From positions 150,516 through 214,515 of the forward strand of contig JAZUKI010000003.1 of NCBI GenBank assembly GCA_045643205.1: a stretch of DNA of 64,000 bases, given 5' to 3'. The position numbers were made by a program, and so were the translations under genes. The DNA is from Clostridia bacterium. Lineage in GTDB: Bacteria > Bacillota > Clostridia > TANB77 > CAG-508. Under the pieces are notes generated by a model. That model saw nothing but the letters and a program-made list of their open reading frames with translations, did not search any database and was not told the origin of the DNA. Shown piece after piece: positions 1-10,907 of the stretch (within the stretch, counting starts at the first letter, position 1; every line of letters begins with the position of its first letter).

Positions 1-1405
1 CGAAGTTGCTATTATTTCTTGTGAGAATACAACAGAGAATGTTACTAAAGATGATGGAGTTAAGTATTATCCAGTATATTTCACATCACCTGAAGAAGGT
101 GCTGAAAAAATAGAGGGAGCTTTCCCATTTAACTTCCCAATGTTCACAGGTAGTACTGTTTCTACAGAAAACTTCTGGAGCATAGATATTGAAAAAATAA
201 AAGCTATTATGGAAAAGTATCAAGCTACAGTTCATCAAGCTATTGAAGAATTCAAACCAGATGTTATCTTCGGACAACATTTATGGATTCATTCATATTT
301 AGCAATGAAAGAAGCTAATGGAAAAATTCCAGTTGTTACAACAATTCACGGAACAGACCTTAAAGGTTATGGAGAAAAGATTCCTGAATTCATGAAAACA
401 GCTTCAGAAACAGATAAAAAGAAATTTGAAATTTATAAAAAGTGTGCAGAAGATGCAGCAAAGATGGGTGATAAGTTTATCGTTATATCAAATGCACAAG
501 AAAAAAGATTTAAAGAACTTTATCCTGATCAAGCAAGCAAAGCTGAACTTGTTAGAAACAGTTATAATGCAAATAAATTCTTTAGAATTAAAGACAAATC
601 TAGAGAAGAAATTATTGATGAAGTATTTAGCAAAATTCAAGGACATAACAATCCTGAAACATTCGATCTAGATAATGATCCTAATGCAGTAGAATTACCA
701 AGAGATTTCGATAAGCTAGCAATGTTTGTTGGAAAATTTGTTGAATTCAAAGGTGTTGATTCATTAATTCACGGATGGAAAGAGGTTGAAGAAAAAGAAA
801 TGGCTAAAGGAAAGAAACCATTATGTATTGTAATTGGTGCAGGTCCTTTAGGAAAATCATTAAGAGAAGAAGCAGCTAGAGTTGGTACTCAAACTTTATA
901 CTTTGTTGGAAGACAAGGTCCTGAAATTATTAACCCACTTCACAATGTTTCTAATGTTGCTATGGTTCCATCAATTCATGAACCAGATGGATTAGTTGTT
1001 AAGGAAGCTTTAGCCGGAGGAGATCCTGTAATTGGTGGAAACTCAGGTGGTATTCCAGAAACATTAGCTCCAAATCCAGGCGAGAACTTTGTTGTTGATC
1101 AAGAACATGGCGTAATTTGCACACGTTTAGGAATGTTATTCCCAAATGAAATAACAAGAGAAATTAAGCCTGATGCAACAGATGAAGAATTAGAATTAAC
1201 AAAAATTGAAGCTGGAAAAGCAATTGCTATTGCAACAGAATACATTTTTGATGAAAAGGTTAAATTTGATAAAGATGTTTTAGCTCAAGATAATATGGTT
1301 TATAGTCCAGATAACAACTACAAAGATTTATGCAAAGTATTTGAAGCAGCAGGTGTTAAAATAGATAAAAAAAAACCAGTAGATAAAACACCAGACGAAA
1401 AATAG
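1..1405 (+). CDS. Glycosyltransferase family 4 (GT-B fold) protein, 5'-truncated at window edge
   Basis: Open frame runs from base 2 with no stop until 1405. The C-terminal half has the GT1/GT4 motif EALAGGDPVIGGNSGGIPE and FVGR..GPE. A terminator hairpin with a T-run follows at about 1424-1466. Confidence 0.55.
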   Translation, partial: EVAIISCENTTENVTKDDGVKYYPVYFTSPEEGAEKIEGAFPFNFPMFTGSTVSTENFWSIDIEKIKAIMEKYQATVHQAIEEFKPDVIFGQHLWIHSYLAMKEANGKIPVVTTIHGTDLKGYGEKIPEFMKTASETDKKKFEIYKKCAEDAAKMGDKFIVISNAQEKRFKELYPDQASKAELVRNSYNANKFFRIKDKSREEIIDEVFSKIQGHNNPETFDLDNDPNAVELPRDFDKLAMFVGKFVEFKGVDSLIHGWKEVEEKEMAKGKKPLCIVIGAGPLGKSLREEAARVGTQTLYFVGRQGPEIINPLHNVSNVAMVPSIHEPDGLVVKEALAGGDPVIGGNSGGIPETLAPNPGENFVVDQEHGVICTRLGMLFPNEITREIKPDATDEELELTKIEAGKAIAIATEYIFDEKVKFDKDVLAQDNMVYSPDNNYKDLCKVFEAAGVKIDKKKPVDKTPDEK

Positions 1406-1542
1406 AAAACAAAAAATAAAATAAAAAAGGCGGTACAATGTTTAATTCATTTAAGCCGTCTTTTTTGTGCTATTAAAGGTTGAAGAAAAAAAATTGAAAT
1501 AGTATAATATTAAACAGCATTTATAATAAAGTGGAGGATTTT

Positions 1543-3507
1543 GTGAAAAAGGAATTAGATAAGACTCAGATTCATGCTAGAGAGAAAAAATCAAAAAGAA
1601 TGAAAAGAATTAGACGACTATGTATAATAGCCGCTATTATTGTGATTATAATTATTATAAATATAGTTAATTCAGCCAAACAAAAACATTATGCAACAAC
1701 AGAATTAACCCAAATTCAAAAAAGAGATATGGCAACATCAATTGGTGCAACAGGAACAATTTCTACAGAAAGCACAAAAAATGTTACATCAACATTAACA
1801 GGTTTTGAAGTTAAATCAGTATTTGTTTCTGAAGGACAACAAGTTACTAAGGGCGAAACAATCGCAACATTTAATGTGGATGAAGTTAAGAAAAACTTAT
1901 CAAAAATTAAGTCAGCAACAAGTTCACAAAATGTTTCTAAAAAAGATGATAAAACAGCTGAAACATTAACAAACAGAGCAAATGAAGAAAAAGAGGAAGT
2001 AGAAAAACAAATTACTGAAACTAAGAAAAAATTAGAAGAAGTAAGAACAAAAAGAGATGCAAGTACAACAAAATTAAATGAATATAAACCTACATACGAT
2101 AAAGCAAAAGCTAAATATGACCCAATTAAAAATGATTATGATGAAAAAGTTAAAGCAAGAGATGCAGCAAAGAAAAAATATGACGAGCAAAAAGCAATTG
2201 TTGAGGCTATAAAAATAAATCAAAAGCTTCCAGAAGGAACTACAAATACAATTACAAACACAATTGCAAATAATGTTTCAAACGAAATTGCAAACAAGAT
2301 TGAAACAGTAGTTAATGGAAATTTAGATGAAGAAGAAGCTAAATTACCAGCATTAGAAAAAGCATATAAAGAAAAAGACACAGCAGTTAAAAATGCAAAA
2401 TCAAAATATGATAGTGAAACAAAAACATTTAAAGAGATAGAAAAAAAGTACATTGAATTGCAAGGAGAAAAAACACTTACAGATGCAGCTGTTACTACAG
2501 AAGAAGCAATATTAAAACAACAAGAAAAGACTGTAGAAAATTTAGACATGGTAATTGATACAATTCAAAAAGGAAGCAGTGCACTTGATACAAGTAGCAT
2601 ACAAAGTATGTTATCAGGAGCTGATTCATTAAGCTCAATTACATCAAGCATGAGCGGATTAACAGGCTTAACAAATATTGCAGTTACTCCTGAGCAAATG
2701 CAAAAACAAATTGACAGTGCATCAATTAAAGCACCAGTTAGTGGAACAATAACCTATGTTGGTGTTAAACCTGGTGATACATATATGGGATCTACAATTG
2801 TTACAATAGATAACACAGAAGCCTTTGTAATAGATGCAGAAGTTAGCGAATATGATATTCCAGACATTAAAGTTGGAATGGATGTTAAGATAAAAACAGA
2901 TGCAACAAGAGATGAAATACTAGAAGGAAAAGTTACATATGTAGCACTTTCATCAACAAACACAGAAAAAGCAAGTGGTGTAGGTTCAGCAGCAGGATAT
3001 GGTTCGCTTTCATCTTTAGCTTCAACATTTTCATCAATGACTGCAGGAGTAAGTTCAACAAATGCAAAATATAAAATCAAAATTGATATAAACACTCCAA
3101 GCGATAGATTAAGAGTTGGAATGAATGCTAAAGCAAGCATTATTACAGATAAGAAAGAAAAAGTTTTAACAGTACCATATGAAGCAGTAATAAAGAGAGA
3201 AGACAATACTCACTATATTAAAGTAGTAAAAGATGGCTATGATATAGATGAAGCTGTTAGAAAATTAAAAGAATTATTAAATCAACAAGAAGATACAGAA
3301 AAAAGAGAGACAACAACTGTTCAAACAGAAACATTAGAAAACATGATTGAAGAAATTGATGTAGAGATTGGTATTGAAGGATCATACTATACAGAAATCT
3401 CTTCAGATAAAATCAAAGAGAACATGTATATTATTGTTCCTGAAATAGAAACAAACAACACCATCAAAGAATTAATTCAAATGATGGGTGCAGGCGCAGG
3501 TGTTTAA
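1543..3507 (+). CDS. HlyD-family efflux periplasmic adaptor (membrane fusion protein) with long coiled-coil
   Basis: RBS GGAGG at 1533-1537, then GTG at 1543 (the track's 1531 start lacks an RBS). N-terminal TM helix and a K/E-rich coiled coil. Lipoyl/beta-barrel signature SIKAPVSGTITYVGVKPGD ... LTVPYEAVIK. A MacB-type ATPase and permease follow. Confidence 0.75.
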   Translation: MKKELDKTQIHAREKKSKRMKRIRRLCIIAAIIVIIIIINIVNSAKQKHYATTELTQIQKRDMATSIGATGTISTESTKNVTSTLTGFEVKSVFVSEGQQVTKGETIATFNVDEVKKNLSKIKSATSSQNVSKKDDKTAETLTNRANEEKEEVEKQITETKKKLEEVRTKRDASTTKLNEYKPTYDKAKAKYDPIKNDYDEKVKARDAAKKKYDEQKAIVEAIKINQKLPEGTTNTITNTIANNVSNEIANKIETVVNGNLDEEEAKLPALEKAYKEKDTAVKNAKSKYDSETKTFKEIEKKYIELQGEKTLTDAAVTTEEAILKQQEKTVENLDMVIDTIQKGSSALDTSSIQSMLSGADSLSSITSSMSGLTGLTNIAVTPEQMQKQIDSASIKAPVSGTITYVGVKPGDTYMGSTIVTIDNTEAFVIDAEVSEYDIPDIKVGMDVKIKTDATRDEILEGKVTYVALSSTNTEKASGVGSAAGYGSLSSLASTFSSMTAGVSSTNAKYKIKIDINTPSDRLRVGMNAKASIITDKKEKVLTVPYEAVIKREDNTHYIKVVKDGYDIDEAVRKLKELLNQQEDTEKRETTTVQTETLENMIEEIDVEIGIEGSYYTEISSDKIKENMYIIVPEIETNNTIKELIQMMGAGAGV

Positions 3508-3600
3508 TTAAGTAAGAACATTAGAAATTTAATTTTAAATAAGAGAAACTTAATTTTCGACAGCCGTTGTAGATTACTTTAATTTTAAGAGGACGAAATT

Positions 3601-4467
3601 TTGAAAGAAATAATAAGTTTAAAAAACATTGTTAAGAAATTTTATATTGATCAACCTAATGAACTTGAAATTCTTCACGGAATTTCGCTAAAAGTTTATG
3701 ATGGTGAATTTGTTTCAATCGTTGGACCATCTGGTTCAGGAAAATCAACTTTGATGAATGTTATTGGAGCATTAGATAGACCAACATCAGGAGAATATAT
3801 ACTGGATGGAATTGATGTAGAAGAATCAGATGACCTTGAAATTTCAGCAATAAGAAACCAAGAAATAGGATTTGTTTTTCAAACATACAACTTGATTTCA
3901 AAATCTAATGCTTTAAAAAACGTTGAATTACCAATGCTTTACGCAGGGGTAAAAGCAGAAGAACGTAAAAAGAGAGCAATGGAATTATTAAAGCTTGTTG
4001 AAATGGAAGAAAGAGCAAAACATTTACCTGAAGAATTATCAGGAGGTCAAAAACAAAGAGTCGCAATAGCTAGAGCAATGGCAAACGATCCAGCAATAAT
4101 ACTTGCAGATGAGCCAACCGGTGCACTAGATAGTAAAACAGGAAGATTAGTTATGGACTTGTTCCATAAATTAAATGAGCAAGAAGGGAAAACAATTATT
4201 TTAATAACACACTCAAATGAACTTGCAAGAGAAACAGATAGAATAATTTCGATTCGTGATGGCAACATCGAAAGCGAAGAAATTTTAAAACCTGAAAAAT
4301 ACAAAGACATAGAGATTGATAAAAGCAATCTTAACAATAAAATAGAAACAAATAATATAAAACCAAAGAAAACTAGAACAAGAAAAAACAAAAAAGAAAT
4401 AATTAATAAAAAAACAGACGATGAAATAATAAAAAACAATGAAGAAACAGATAATGAGGAGAAGTAA
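3601..4467 (+). CDS. ABC transporter ATP-binding protein (MacB/LolD-type ATPase)
   Basis: Walker A GPSGSGKST, signature LSGGQKQRVAIARA, Walker B ILADEPTGALD. K/N-rich C-terminal tail. TTG start after an AAGAGGA RBS. Confidence 0.85.
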   Translation: MKEIISLKNIVKKFYIDQPNELEILHGISLKVYDGEFVSIVGPSGSGKSTLMNVIGALDRPTSGEYILDGIDVEESDDLEISAIRNQEIGFVFQTYNLISKSNALKNVELPMLYAGVKAEERKKRAMELLKLVEMEERAKHLPEELSGGQKQRVAIARAMANDPAIILADEPTGALDSKTGRLVMDLFHKLNEQEGKTIILITHSNELARETDRIISIRDGNIESEEILKPEKYKDIEIDKSNLNNKIETNNIKPKKTRTRKNKKEIINKKTDDEIIKNNEETDNEEK

Positions 4468-5774
4468 TGCTAATTTGGGAAAATATTAGTATGGCCTTAG
4501 GAAGCCTAAAAGCTAATAAAATGCGTGCATTTCTAACAATGTTAGGAATAATAATTGGTATAGCAGCAGTAATAACAATTTACACTGTTGGAAATTCTTT
4601 AACTATATCTATTTCAGAAAGTATGCAAACACTTGGAGCAAATGATATTTATGCAATGGTTTCTCCAAAAAAATCAGAGGAAGGAGAGAAATCATTAAAA
4701 GATCAACTTGATGGAGTAAAGTTTCCAAAAGTCACATCTACAAGTGAATTGCAATCTTCTGATTTAATAAGCAAAGATATGATTGACCAAGTTTGTGAAA
4801 AATTTAAAGATGATATTTTTGCTGTTAATGTAGAAAGGATGGTTGGAATAGTTAACGCTACTGCTAATAACAATAAAACATCAATAAATATAGTTGGCGC
4901 AAGTGCAGGATATTTCTTAACCGCAAATTTAAATGTTGTAGCAGGAAATATGTTTAACGAAAACAATATTCAAGACAAATCAAGAGTAGTAATGATTTCA
5001 GATGAAACAGTAGATGAGTTATTTGCTGGAGAAGTAGACAAAGCAGTAGGTTCAGATATTGTTTTAACAATAAACAATCAAGACATAGATTTTACAATCA
5101 TAGGTGTATATGAATTTTCAAGTTCAAATGGTATGGGTGGAGCAGGAATGCTTTCAACAATGGTAAACAGTTATGCTTATATACCAATGCCAACAGCAAA
5201 TGATATTTTACATCAAGAAAATTCATATCAATACATTGAAATTATTCCAAAGACAGGAGTAAATTCTGAAAAACTTTCAAATAGTATTGGTGAATTTTTT
5301 AAACAATTTTACAAAAATAATTCAAGCTATGAAGTAAGTGTTTTCACAATGTCAGGAATGGTTTCAATATTTACAAATTTATTGAATACATTAACAACAG
5401 CAATTGCAATTATTGCAAGTATTGCATTACTTGTTGGTGGAATTGGCGTTATGAATATAATGTTGGTTTCAGTAACAGAAAGAACAAGAGAGATTGGAAT
5501 TAGAAAAGCGTTAGGTGCAAAAAACTCATCTATTAGAGAACAATTTATTGTTGAGGCAATGATAATTTGTTTAATAGGTGGAATAATAGGTGTAACACTT
5601 GGTATAGTTTGCGGAAGTTATTTAACAAATCTTTTAGGATATCCAGCAGCACCTTCAATTCCAGGAATTATAATTGCATTGTTATTCTCAATGGGTATAG
5701 GAATATTCTTTGGATATTATCCTGCAAACAAAGCAGCAAAGATGAATCCAATAGATGCATTAAGATACGAATAA
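4467..5774 (+). CDS. ABC transporter permease, FtsX/MacB-like
   Basis: N-terminal TM, large extracytoplasmic domain, C-terminal FtsX four-helix bundle (ERTREIGIRKALGA motif). Start overlaps the stop of the ATPase gene. Confidence 0.8.
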   Translation: MLIWENISMALGSLKANKMRAFLTMLGIIIGIAAVITIYTVGNSLTISISESMQTLGANDIYAMVSPKKSEEGEKSLKDQLDGVKFPKVTSTSELQSSDLISKDMIDQVCEKFKDDIFAVNVERMVGIVNATANNNKTSINIVGASAGYFLTANLNVVAGNMFNENNIQDKSRVVMISDETVDELFAGEVDKAVGSDIVLTINNQDIDFTIIGVYEFSSSNGMGGAGMLSTMVNSYAYIPMPTANDILHQENSYQYIEIIPKTGVNSEKLSNSIGEFFKQFYKNNSSYEVSVFTMSGMVSIFTNLLNTLTTAIAIIASIALLVGGIGVMNIMLVSVTERTREIGIRKALGAKNSSIREQFIVEAMIICLIGGIIGVTLGIVCGSYLTNLLGYPAAPSIPGIIIALLFSMGIGIFFGYYPANKAAKMNPIDALRYE

Positions 5775-5805
5775 AATACTATAAAATAACAAAGGAGGAA
5801 AATAT

Positions 5806-7185
5806 ATGAGTGATTTATTATCAAAAAACAAATCAGGATGGTTAACAGCTTCTGATGATGATAGAGGAGCAATCTATGATTTCGCAAGAGGTTACATGGA
5901 TTTTATTGGATCATCAAAAACAGAAAGATTAGTAGTTGAACACGCTGAACAAATGGCAAGAGAACATGGATTTAGACATATTGATGAATATGGTGAACTA
6001 CATGCAGGTGATAAAGTTTATTTTAATAATAGAGGAAAAAATTTATATCTAGCTATTATTGGAAATAGAAGTGTTGAAGAAGGTTTAAACATTATAGGAT
6101 CACATGCAGATTCTCCAAGACTTGATTTAAAACCACAACCACTTTATCAAGATGGTGACTTTGCATTCATGAATACACATTACTATGGTGGAATTAAGAA
6201 ATATCAATGGACAACAATTCCATTAGCAATTCATGGTGTAATTATCAGAGCAGATGGAGAAAAAATTCAAGTTCATATAGGAGAAGATGATAGCGACCCT
6301 GTATTTGTTGTTTCTGACTTATTACCACACTTAGGCAAAAAACAAGCACAAGAAAAATTATCAGATGCAATCAAAGGCGAAAAACTTGATATCATGGTTG
6401 GAAGCATACCAGCTGATGAAAGCGACAAACAATCAATCAAAGAAAATGTAATGAGAATTTTAAATAGCAGATATGGCATCACAGAAGACGACTTCACAAG
6501 TGCGGAACTCGAACTTGTTCCAGCTTTTAAAGCACGTTCATCTGGATTTGATGAGAGTTTAGTTGCAGCTTATGGACAAGATGACAAAGTTTGTGCTTAT
6601 GCTTCACTAAGAGCAATGATGGAAATTGAAAATCCAGAAAGAACTGCAGTATGCATGCTTTCAGATAAAGAAGAAATTGGAAGTATGGGTAATACAGGAA
6701 TGGAATCACATGTTTTTGATACATTCATTTCTGATTTATTAAACAAATTAAACGTAAATAGACCAAACTTATTAGATAAAGTATTTTGCAATTCAAGAAT
6801 GTTATCAGCTGATGTTGATGCAGGTGTTGATCCACTTTATGCAGAAGTTAATGATATGACAAATGCAGGATTTGTAGGACATGGATTAGTATTAAATAAA
6901 TATACTGGATCTGGTGGAAAATACAATGCTTCTGATGCTAATGCAGAATATGTTGGATTTGTAAAGAAAATTTTTAGAGATAACAACATTAAATATCAAT
7001 TCTCTGAACTTGGAAAAGTTGATGAGGGTGGCGGAGGAACAATCGCATACATCTTAGCAAACAAAGGTGTAGATGTAATTGATTGTGGTGTTCCTGTAAT
7101 TTCAATGCACTCACCATACGAAATCACAAGTAAATTTGATATTTATGAAGCATATAAAGGATACAGAACATTCTTTAGAAGCTAA
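5806..7185 (+). CDS. apeA: M18-family aminopeptidase (aminopeptidase 1-like)
   Basis: GSHADSPRLDLKP ... HYYGGIKKYQW motifs typical of M18 aspartyl aminopeptidase. 459 aa. RBS AGGAGG. Confidence 0.8.
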   Translation: MSDLLSKNKSGWLTASDDDRGAIYDFARGYMDFIGSSKTERLVVEHAEQMAREHGFRHIDEYGELHAGDKVYFNNRGKNLYLAIIGNRSVEEGLNIIGSHADSPRLDLKPQPLYQDGDFAFMNTHYYGGIKKYQWTTIPLAIHGVIIRADGEKIQVHIGEDDSDPVFVVSDLLPHLGKKQAQEKLSDAIKGEKLDIMVGSIPADESDKQSIKENVMRILNSRYGITEDDFTSAELELVPAFKARSSGFDESLVAAYGQDDKVCAYASLRAMMEIENPERTAVCMLSDKEEIGSMGNTGMESHVFDTFISDLLNKLNVNRPNLLDKVFCNSRMLSADVDAGVDPLYAEVNDMTNAGFVGHGLVLNKYTGSGGKYNASDANAEYVGFVKKIFRDNNIKYQFSELGKVDEGGGGTIAYILANKGVDVIDCGVPVISMHSPYEITSKFDIYEAYKGYRTFFRS

Positions 7186-7407
7186 AAAATACAGTCCTAA
7201 GGTTTGGAACTATACTTAAAAATAAATTTATATAGAAACTATTTTAAAATTAGAAATAATAAAAAAGAGCAAGATTCGAAAGTACTCGAAAATTGCTCTT
7301 TTTTGCTGGTAAAAATCTATTAAAAGCCTTGATAATTCTTGCTTTATAAAGTTAAAAATGATAGTATAAAGAAGCAGTAAAACACTGATTTTAGAGAGGG
7401 GTTTATC

Positions 7408-8580
7408 ATGATAGAAATAAAAAATGTGACTAAAAAATATGGCACATTCGCAGCAGTAGATGATATTAGTTTTGAAGTTAATGATCGTGAGATTGTAGGA
7501 TTTTTAGGACCAAACGGTGCTGGAAAATCAACAACAATGAACATGATCACAGGTTTTATCGAGCCTACAAGCGGAAAAATTATTGTTAATGGATATGATG
7601 TTTCAAAATCATCAAATAAAGCTAAGAAACAAATAGGTTATATGCCAGAAAATGTTCCACTTTACAATGATTTAACAGTAAAAGAATTTGTTTCATATAT
7701 GTGCGAACTTAGAAAAGTTCCAAAGAAAGATAGAGATCTTCAAATCAGAAAAATCATTAAAAGAGCAGGATTAACAGATGTTCAAGACAAACTAATTAAA
7801 CATATATCAAAAGGCTACAAACAAAGAACAAGTCTTGCAGGAGCACTAGTTGGTGAGCCTGATGTTTTAATTCTTGATGAACCTACAGTTGGTTTAGATC
7901 CTAAACAAATAACTGAAATCAGAAATTTGATAAAGAAACTTGGCGAGAACCATACTGTTATTTTAAGTTCACACATTCTATCAGAGGTTAGCCAAATTTG
8001 TTCAAAGGTTGTTATTATTAATCATGGAAAAATTGTTGCAATTGATACACCTGAAAACCTTGAATCAAAACTATTAGAATCAGATGTAATCATACTTACA
8101 GTTGAAGATCCAGAAAACAATATGGCAACAATAAAATCAAAAATTAAATCATGCAAAGAAATTCACAAAATAAAAACTTTACCAGACGGAACAATTCAAT
8201 ACAAAATTATTTCTGATAAAAATGCAGAAACTAATAAAGAATTATTTGAGATTTTACCAAAAGAAAACATTACAATTTGTGAATTAAGAAAAGAGCAAAG
8301 TAGCTTAGAGGATGCATATTTAAAGATTATAAATGAAAAAGATGAAGAATTAGCTAAGGTTGAAAGACGTGAAAAGAGAGAAAAACTTGCTAGACAACGT
8401 AAGTTAGATTCACTTGATTTATTAGAAAGAAGAAAATTAATTCGCGAAGAGAAACGTAAGAAACAAGATGAGATTGATAAAGAATTCTTCGACAACTTAA
8501 TGGAAGAAAATAAAGTAAGAGAAGCTAAAAAGAAGAGAAAACAATTAGAAAAAAAGAACAGAAAGGAGGATAAAAAATAA
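7408..8580 (+). CDS. ABC-2 type transporter ATP-binding protein with K/E-rich coiled-coil tail
   Basis: Walker A GPNGAGKST, signature SKGYKQRTSLAGA, Walker B ILDEPTVGLD. RBS GAGGGG. Confidence 0.8.
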   Translation: MIEIKNVTKKYGTFAAVDDISFEVNDREIVGFLGPNGAGKSTTMNMITGFIEPTSGKIIVNGYDVSKSSNKAKKQIGYMPENVPLYNDLTVKEFVSYMCELRKVPKKDRDLQIRKIIKRAGLTDVQDKLIKHISKGYKQRTSLAGALVGEPDVLILDEPTVGLDPKQITEIRNLIKKLGENHTVILSSHILSEVSQICSKVVIINHGKIVAIDTPENLESKLLESDVIILTVEDPENNMATIKSKIKSCKEIHKIKTLPDGTIQYKIISDKNAETNKELFEILPKENITICELRKEQSSLEDAYLKIINEKDEELAKVERREKREKLARQRKLDSLDLLERRKLIREEKRKKQDEIDKEFFDNLMEENKVREAKKKRKQLEKKNRKEDKK

Positions 8581-9260
8581 TGTGGGCAGTAGCAAAAAAA
8601 GAATTTAAGCAATATTTTTTATCTCCTATTGGATACATTTATATTGGTGTATTTTTATTAATGTGTAGTATAACTTTCTATTCAAACATATTCTTAGGCC
8701 AAAGCACAGATTTTGCATCTATATTTAGTTTAGGAGTAACAGCATTAACATTTTTAGTGCCAGTTTTAACAATGAGAACTTTTTCTGAAGAAAGAAAAAA
8801 TTCAACAGAAGTTTTAATTTTAACTTCACCAACAAGTGTTAAATCAATGGTTCTAGGAAAATTTTTAGCTGCAGGAATGGTTGTATTAGTTTCAATAGCA
8901 TGCACATTTATGTATTATATAATTTTATCATTCTTTGGAGAACCAGCTTTTTCAACAAGCTTTGTTGCTATGATAGGATTTGCACTATTATCATTAGCTT
9001 ATATTGCATGCGGAATGTTCATTTCAAGCATGACAGAAAATCAAGTAGTTAGTGCAATTATTTCTATGATAGTATTTTTAATATTATCATTTTTAGGAGA
9101 TGTATGGGTAGCATTTGATCCATTTTCAATCATAGATGCCTTTACAACATTTGAAACAGGACTAGTTTCACTACATGATGTTGTTTTATTAATATCATTT
9201 ATAACATTCTTCCTAAGCATGACAATATTAGTAATGAATAGAAGAAAGTATGTTAAATAG
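8580..9260 (+). CDS. ABC-2 family transporter permease
   Basis: Six predicted TM helices. Start overlaps the ATPase stop (ATAATG). Confidence 0.7.
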   Translation: MWAVAKKEFKQYFLSPIGYIYIGVFLLMCSITFYSNIFLGQSTDFASIFSLGVTALTFLVPVLTMRTFSEERKNSTEVLILTSPTSVKSMVLGKFLAAGMVVLVSIACTFMYYIILSFFGEPAFSTSFVAMIGFALLSLAYIACGMFISSMTENQVVSAIISMIVFLILSFLGDVWVAFDPFSIIDAFTTFETGLVSLHDVVLLISFITFFLSMTILVMNRRKYVK

Positions 9261-9268
9261 GAGGGGCC

Positions 9269-10747
9269 ATGGTAAACTTTTTGAAATTATTAAAAAATAA
9301 AGTCTTTAAAGAAACAGCATGGACAATAGCTCTTATTATATTCATGCTTATGATTTTTATAATCATCAACAAAGCATTGGATGTTGCTAACATTGATGCT
9401 ATAGATGTTACAACAGAACAAATATATAGTTTGACAGATGAATCAAAAGAATTAGTTTCAAAAGTTAAACTTAATGTAAAAATCTTATTACTAAATTATG
9501 ATAAAGACGACAGAGCAGCAATAATTGCTAAAAAATATAAAGATGCAAATGAAAAAATTGAAGCCATATGCATTAACTATTGGGAAAACCCAGTTGAACT
9601 TGCAGAGTATGGAATAACAGATGATACAACACAAGTTATTATCGTGTATAGCCCATTGAGACAAAAACAAATTTATGCTTCAGATTTAACAACATACAAT
9701 GCAATTAATTCTCAAGAAATGGATGTTACAGAACAAAAATTAACAAACAGTATTATGGATGTTGTTAAAGAACAAGTTCAAGAAGTTTATTTCGTAACAG
9801 GAAATGGTGAGTACGGAATAAAAACAGAACAAGAAGGTTTTCTAAAGTTAGCAAAGAATATAGAAAACGAAGCATACAAAGTTGATTCAATTAATCTGGA
9901 ATATGAAAACATTCCAAATACATGTAAAGTTCTTGTTTTTGCAAACCCAACAGTAGATTTTTCAGATAAAGAAACAGAAAAAATACAAAAATATATTAAC
10001 AATGGTGGAAACATTTTATGGATGCAAGATCCATACAAACAAGCAAATGAAGATTATTCACCAGAAAAAATGAAGAATGTAAAAAAGATTTTAGCTAATT
10101 ATGGAATAGATTTTTCTGAAGGAGTAGTCTTAGAAGAATCAGATGAATATATGTATTATGGAGACAGAAGATATATAGTTCCAATGCTTTCATACAATGA
10201 TATAATTAATGAAATTTATTCTGATGGTGGAGTAGTAGCATACTTATCAGGAAGAATAGAAAATGTTTCAAACGAAAAAATGAAAGAACTTGGCGTTACA
10301 TATGAAGCATTTATGAAATCAAGCGAAGAAAGCTATTACAAGAGTAATTATAATGGACTAGACACAAAATTAAATGAAGATGAAACAGGATCATATAGAA
10401 TTGGCGAAATTCTAACAAAGAAAATGGGAGAAAAGAAGTCTGTTATGATTGCATATTCTAGTGCATATTCATTCTCAAATTATTCAACAAAAATAGTTGT
10501 AAACGAAAATGAAAGAGCAGTAATGCCATTAGGATTAAAAAATAACAAAGAGTTAATTCTAAATTCAGTTGCATTTTTAACAGGAGAACAAGACGAAATC
10601 AGAACAAGAAAAGCAACAACAGGCATTATGTTTGATAAAGTACCAGATTCTTCTATAAATTTAGTATTTACTATATGTATGGGAGCTCCAGTTTTAATTG
10701 TTATAGCCGGAATAGTTGTAACAATAGTTAGAAAAAAGAGAAGATAA
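9269..10747 (+). CDS. GldG-like ABC transporter auxiliary component
   Basis: N-terminal and C-terminal TM anchors flank a large extracytoplasmic domain. Sits directly after the ABC-2 ATPase/permease pair, as in GldA/GldF/GldG-type systems. Confidence 0.5.
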   Translation: MVNFLKLLKNKVFKETAWTIALIIFMLMIFIIINKALDVANIDAIDVTTEQIYSLTDESKELVSKVKLNVKILLLNYDKDDRAAIIAKKYKDANEKIEAICINYWENPVELAEYGITDDTTQVIIVYSPLRQKQIYASDLTTYNAINSQEMDVTEQKLTNSIMDVVKEQVQEVYFVTGNGEYGIKTEQEGFLKLAKNIENEAYKVDSINLEYENIPNTCKVLVFANPTVDFSDKETEKIQKYINNGGNILWMQDPYKQANEDYSPEKMKNVKKILANYGIDFSEGVVLEESDEYMYYGDRRYIVPMLSYNDIINEIYSDGGVVAYLSGRIENVSNEKMKELGVTYEAFMKSSEESYYKSNYNGLDTKLNEDETGSYRIGEILTKKMGEKKSVMIAYSSAYSFSNYSTKIVVNENERAVMPLGLKNNKELILNSVAFLTGEQDEIRTRKATTGIMFDKVPDSSINLVFTICMGAPVLIVIAGIVVTIVRKKRR

Positions 10748-10907
10748 CTAAGTGAAATAAGTGGATTAAGCACTGCTCATTTCACAAAACACAGAAAAAA
10801 TCATATTGAAAAGCAAATATATTTATACTAAAATATTAATGATGAAAATATTAATAATAAAAATATAAATACAAATAATGAAAACGTAAAGATAATAAAG
10901 GATAATA

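Noticed and set aside
86-280. Minus-strand and nested same-strand ORFs overlapping real genes (86..280, 426..671, 2220..2549, 2754..3206, 4047..4439, 4703..4966, 8196..8612, 12291..12872, 13113..13511, 47328..47717, 48705..49073, 51670..51989, 59130..59333 and similar).
   Set aside because: They lie entirely inside or antisense to long ORFs with clear domain homology. They have no RBS and translate to low-complexity F/L/I/S-rich peptides typical of AT-rich antisense frames.
1531-1542. Track start codon for the HlyD-family gene at 1531; likewise 17129 for the H1-like gene, 33136 for hsdS, 49636 for the SDR, 58240 for the kinase, 40362 for the TnpV partner, 21915 for the YdjI-like gene and 52347 for the 810-aa ORF.
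   Set aside because: In each case a downstream in-frame ATG or GTG is preceded by a GGAGG-type Shine-Dalgarno at proper spacing, while the track's first start is not. Revised starts are used in the feature list.
3508-3600. Direct repeats ttaattttaaataagagaaac / ttaattttaagaggacgaaa between the adaptor and ATPase genes.
   Set aside because: Short, imperfect, AT-rich; most likely chance similarity in an AT-rich spacer.
10748-10907. Hairpin GTGAAAT...ATTTCAC after the GldG-like gene as a terminator.
   Set aside because: It is not followed by a U-tract, so it is a weak or uncertain terminator and was not listed.
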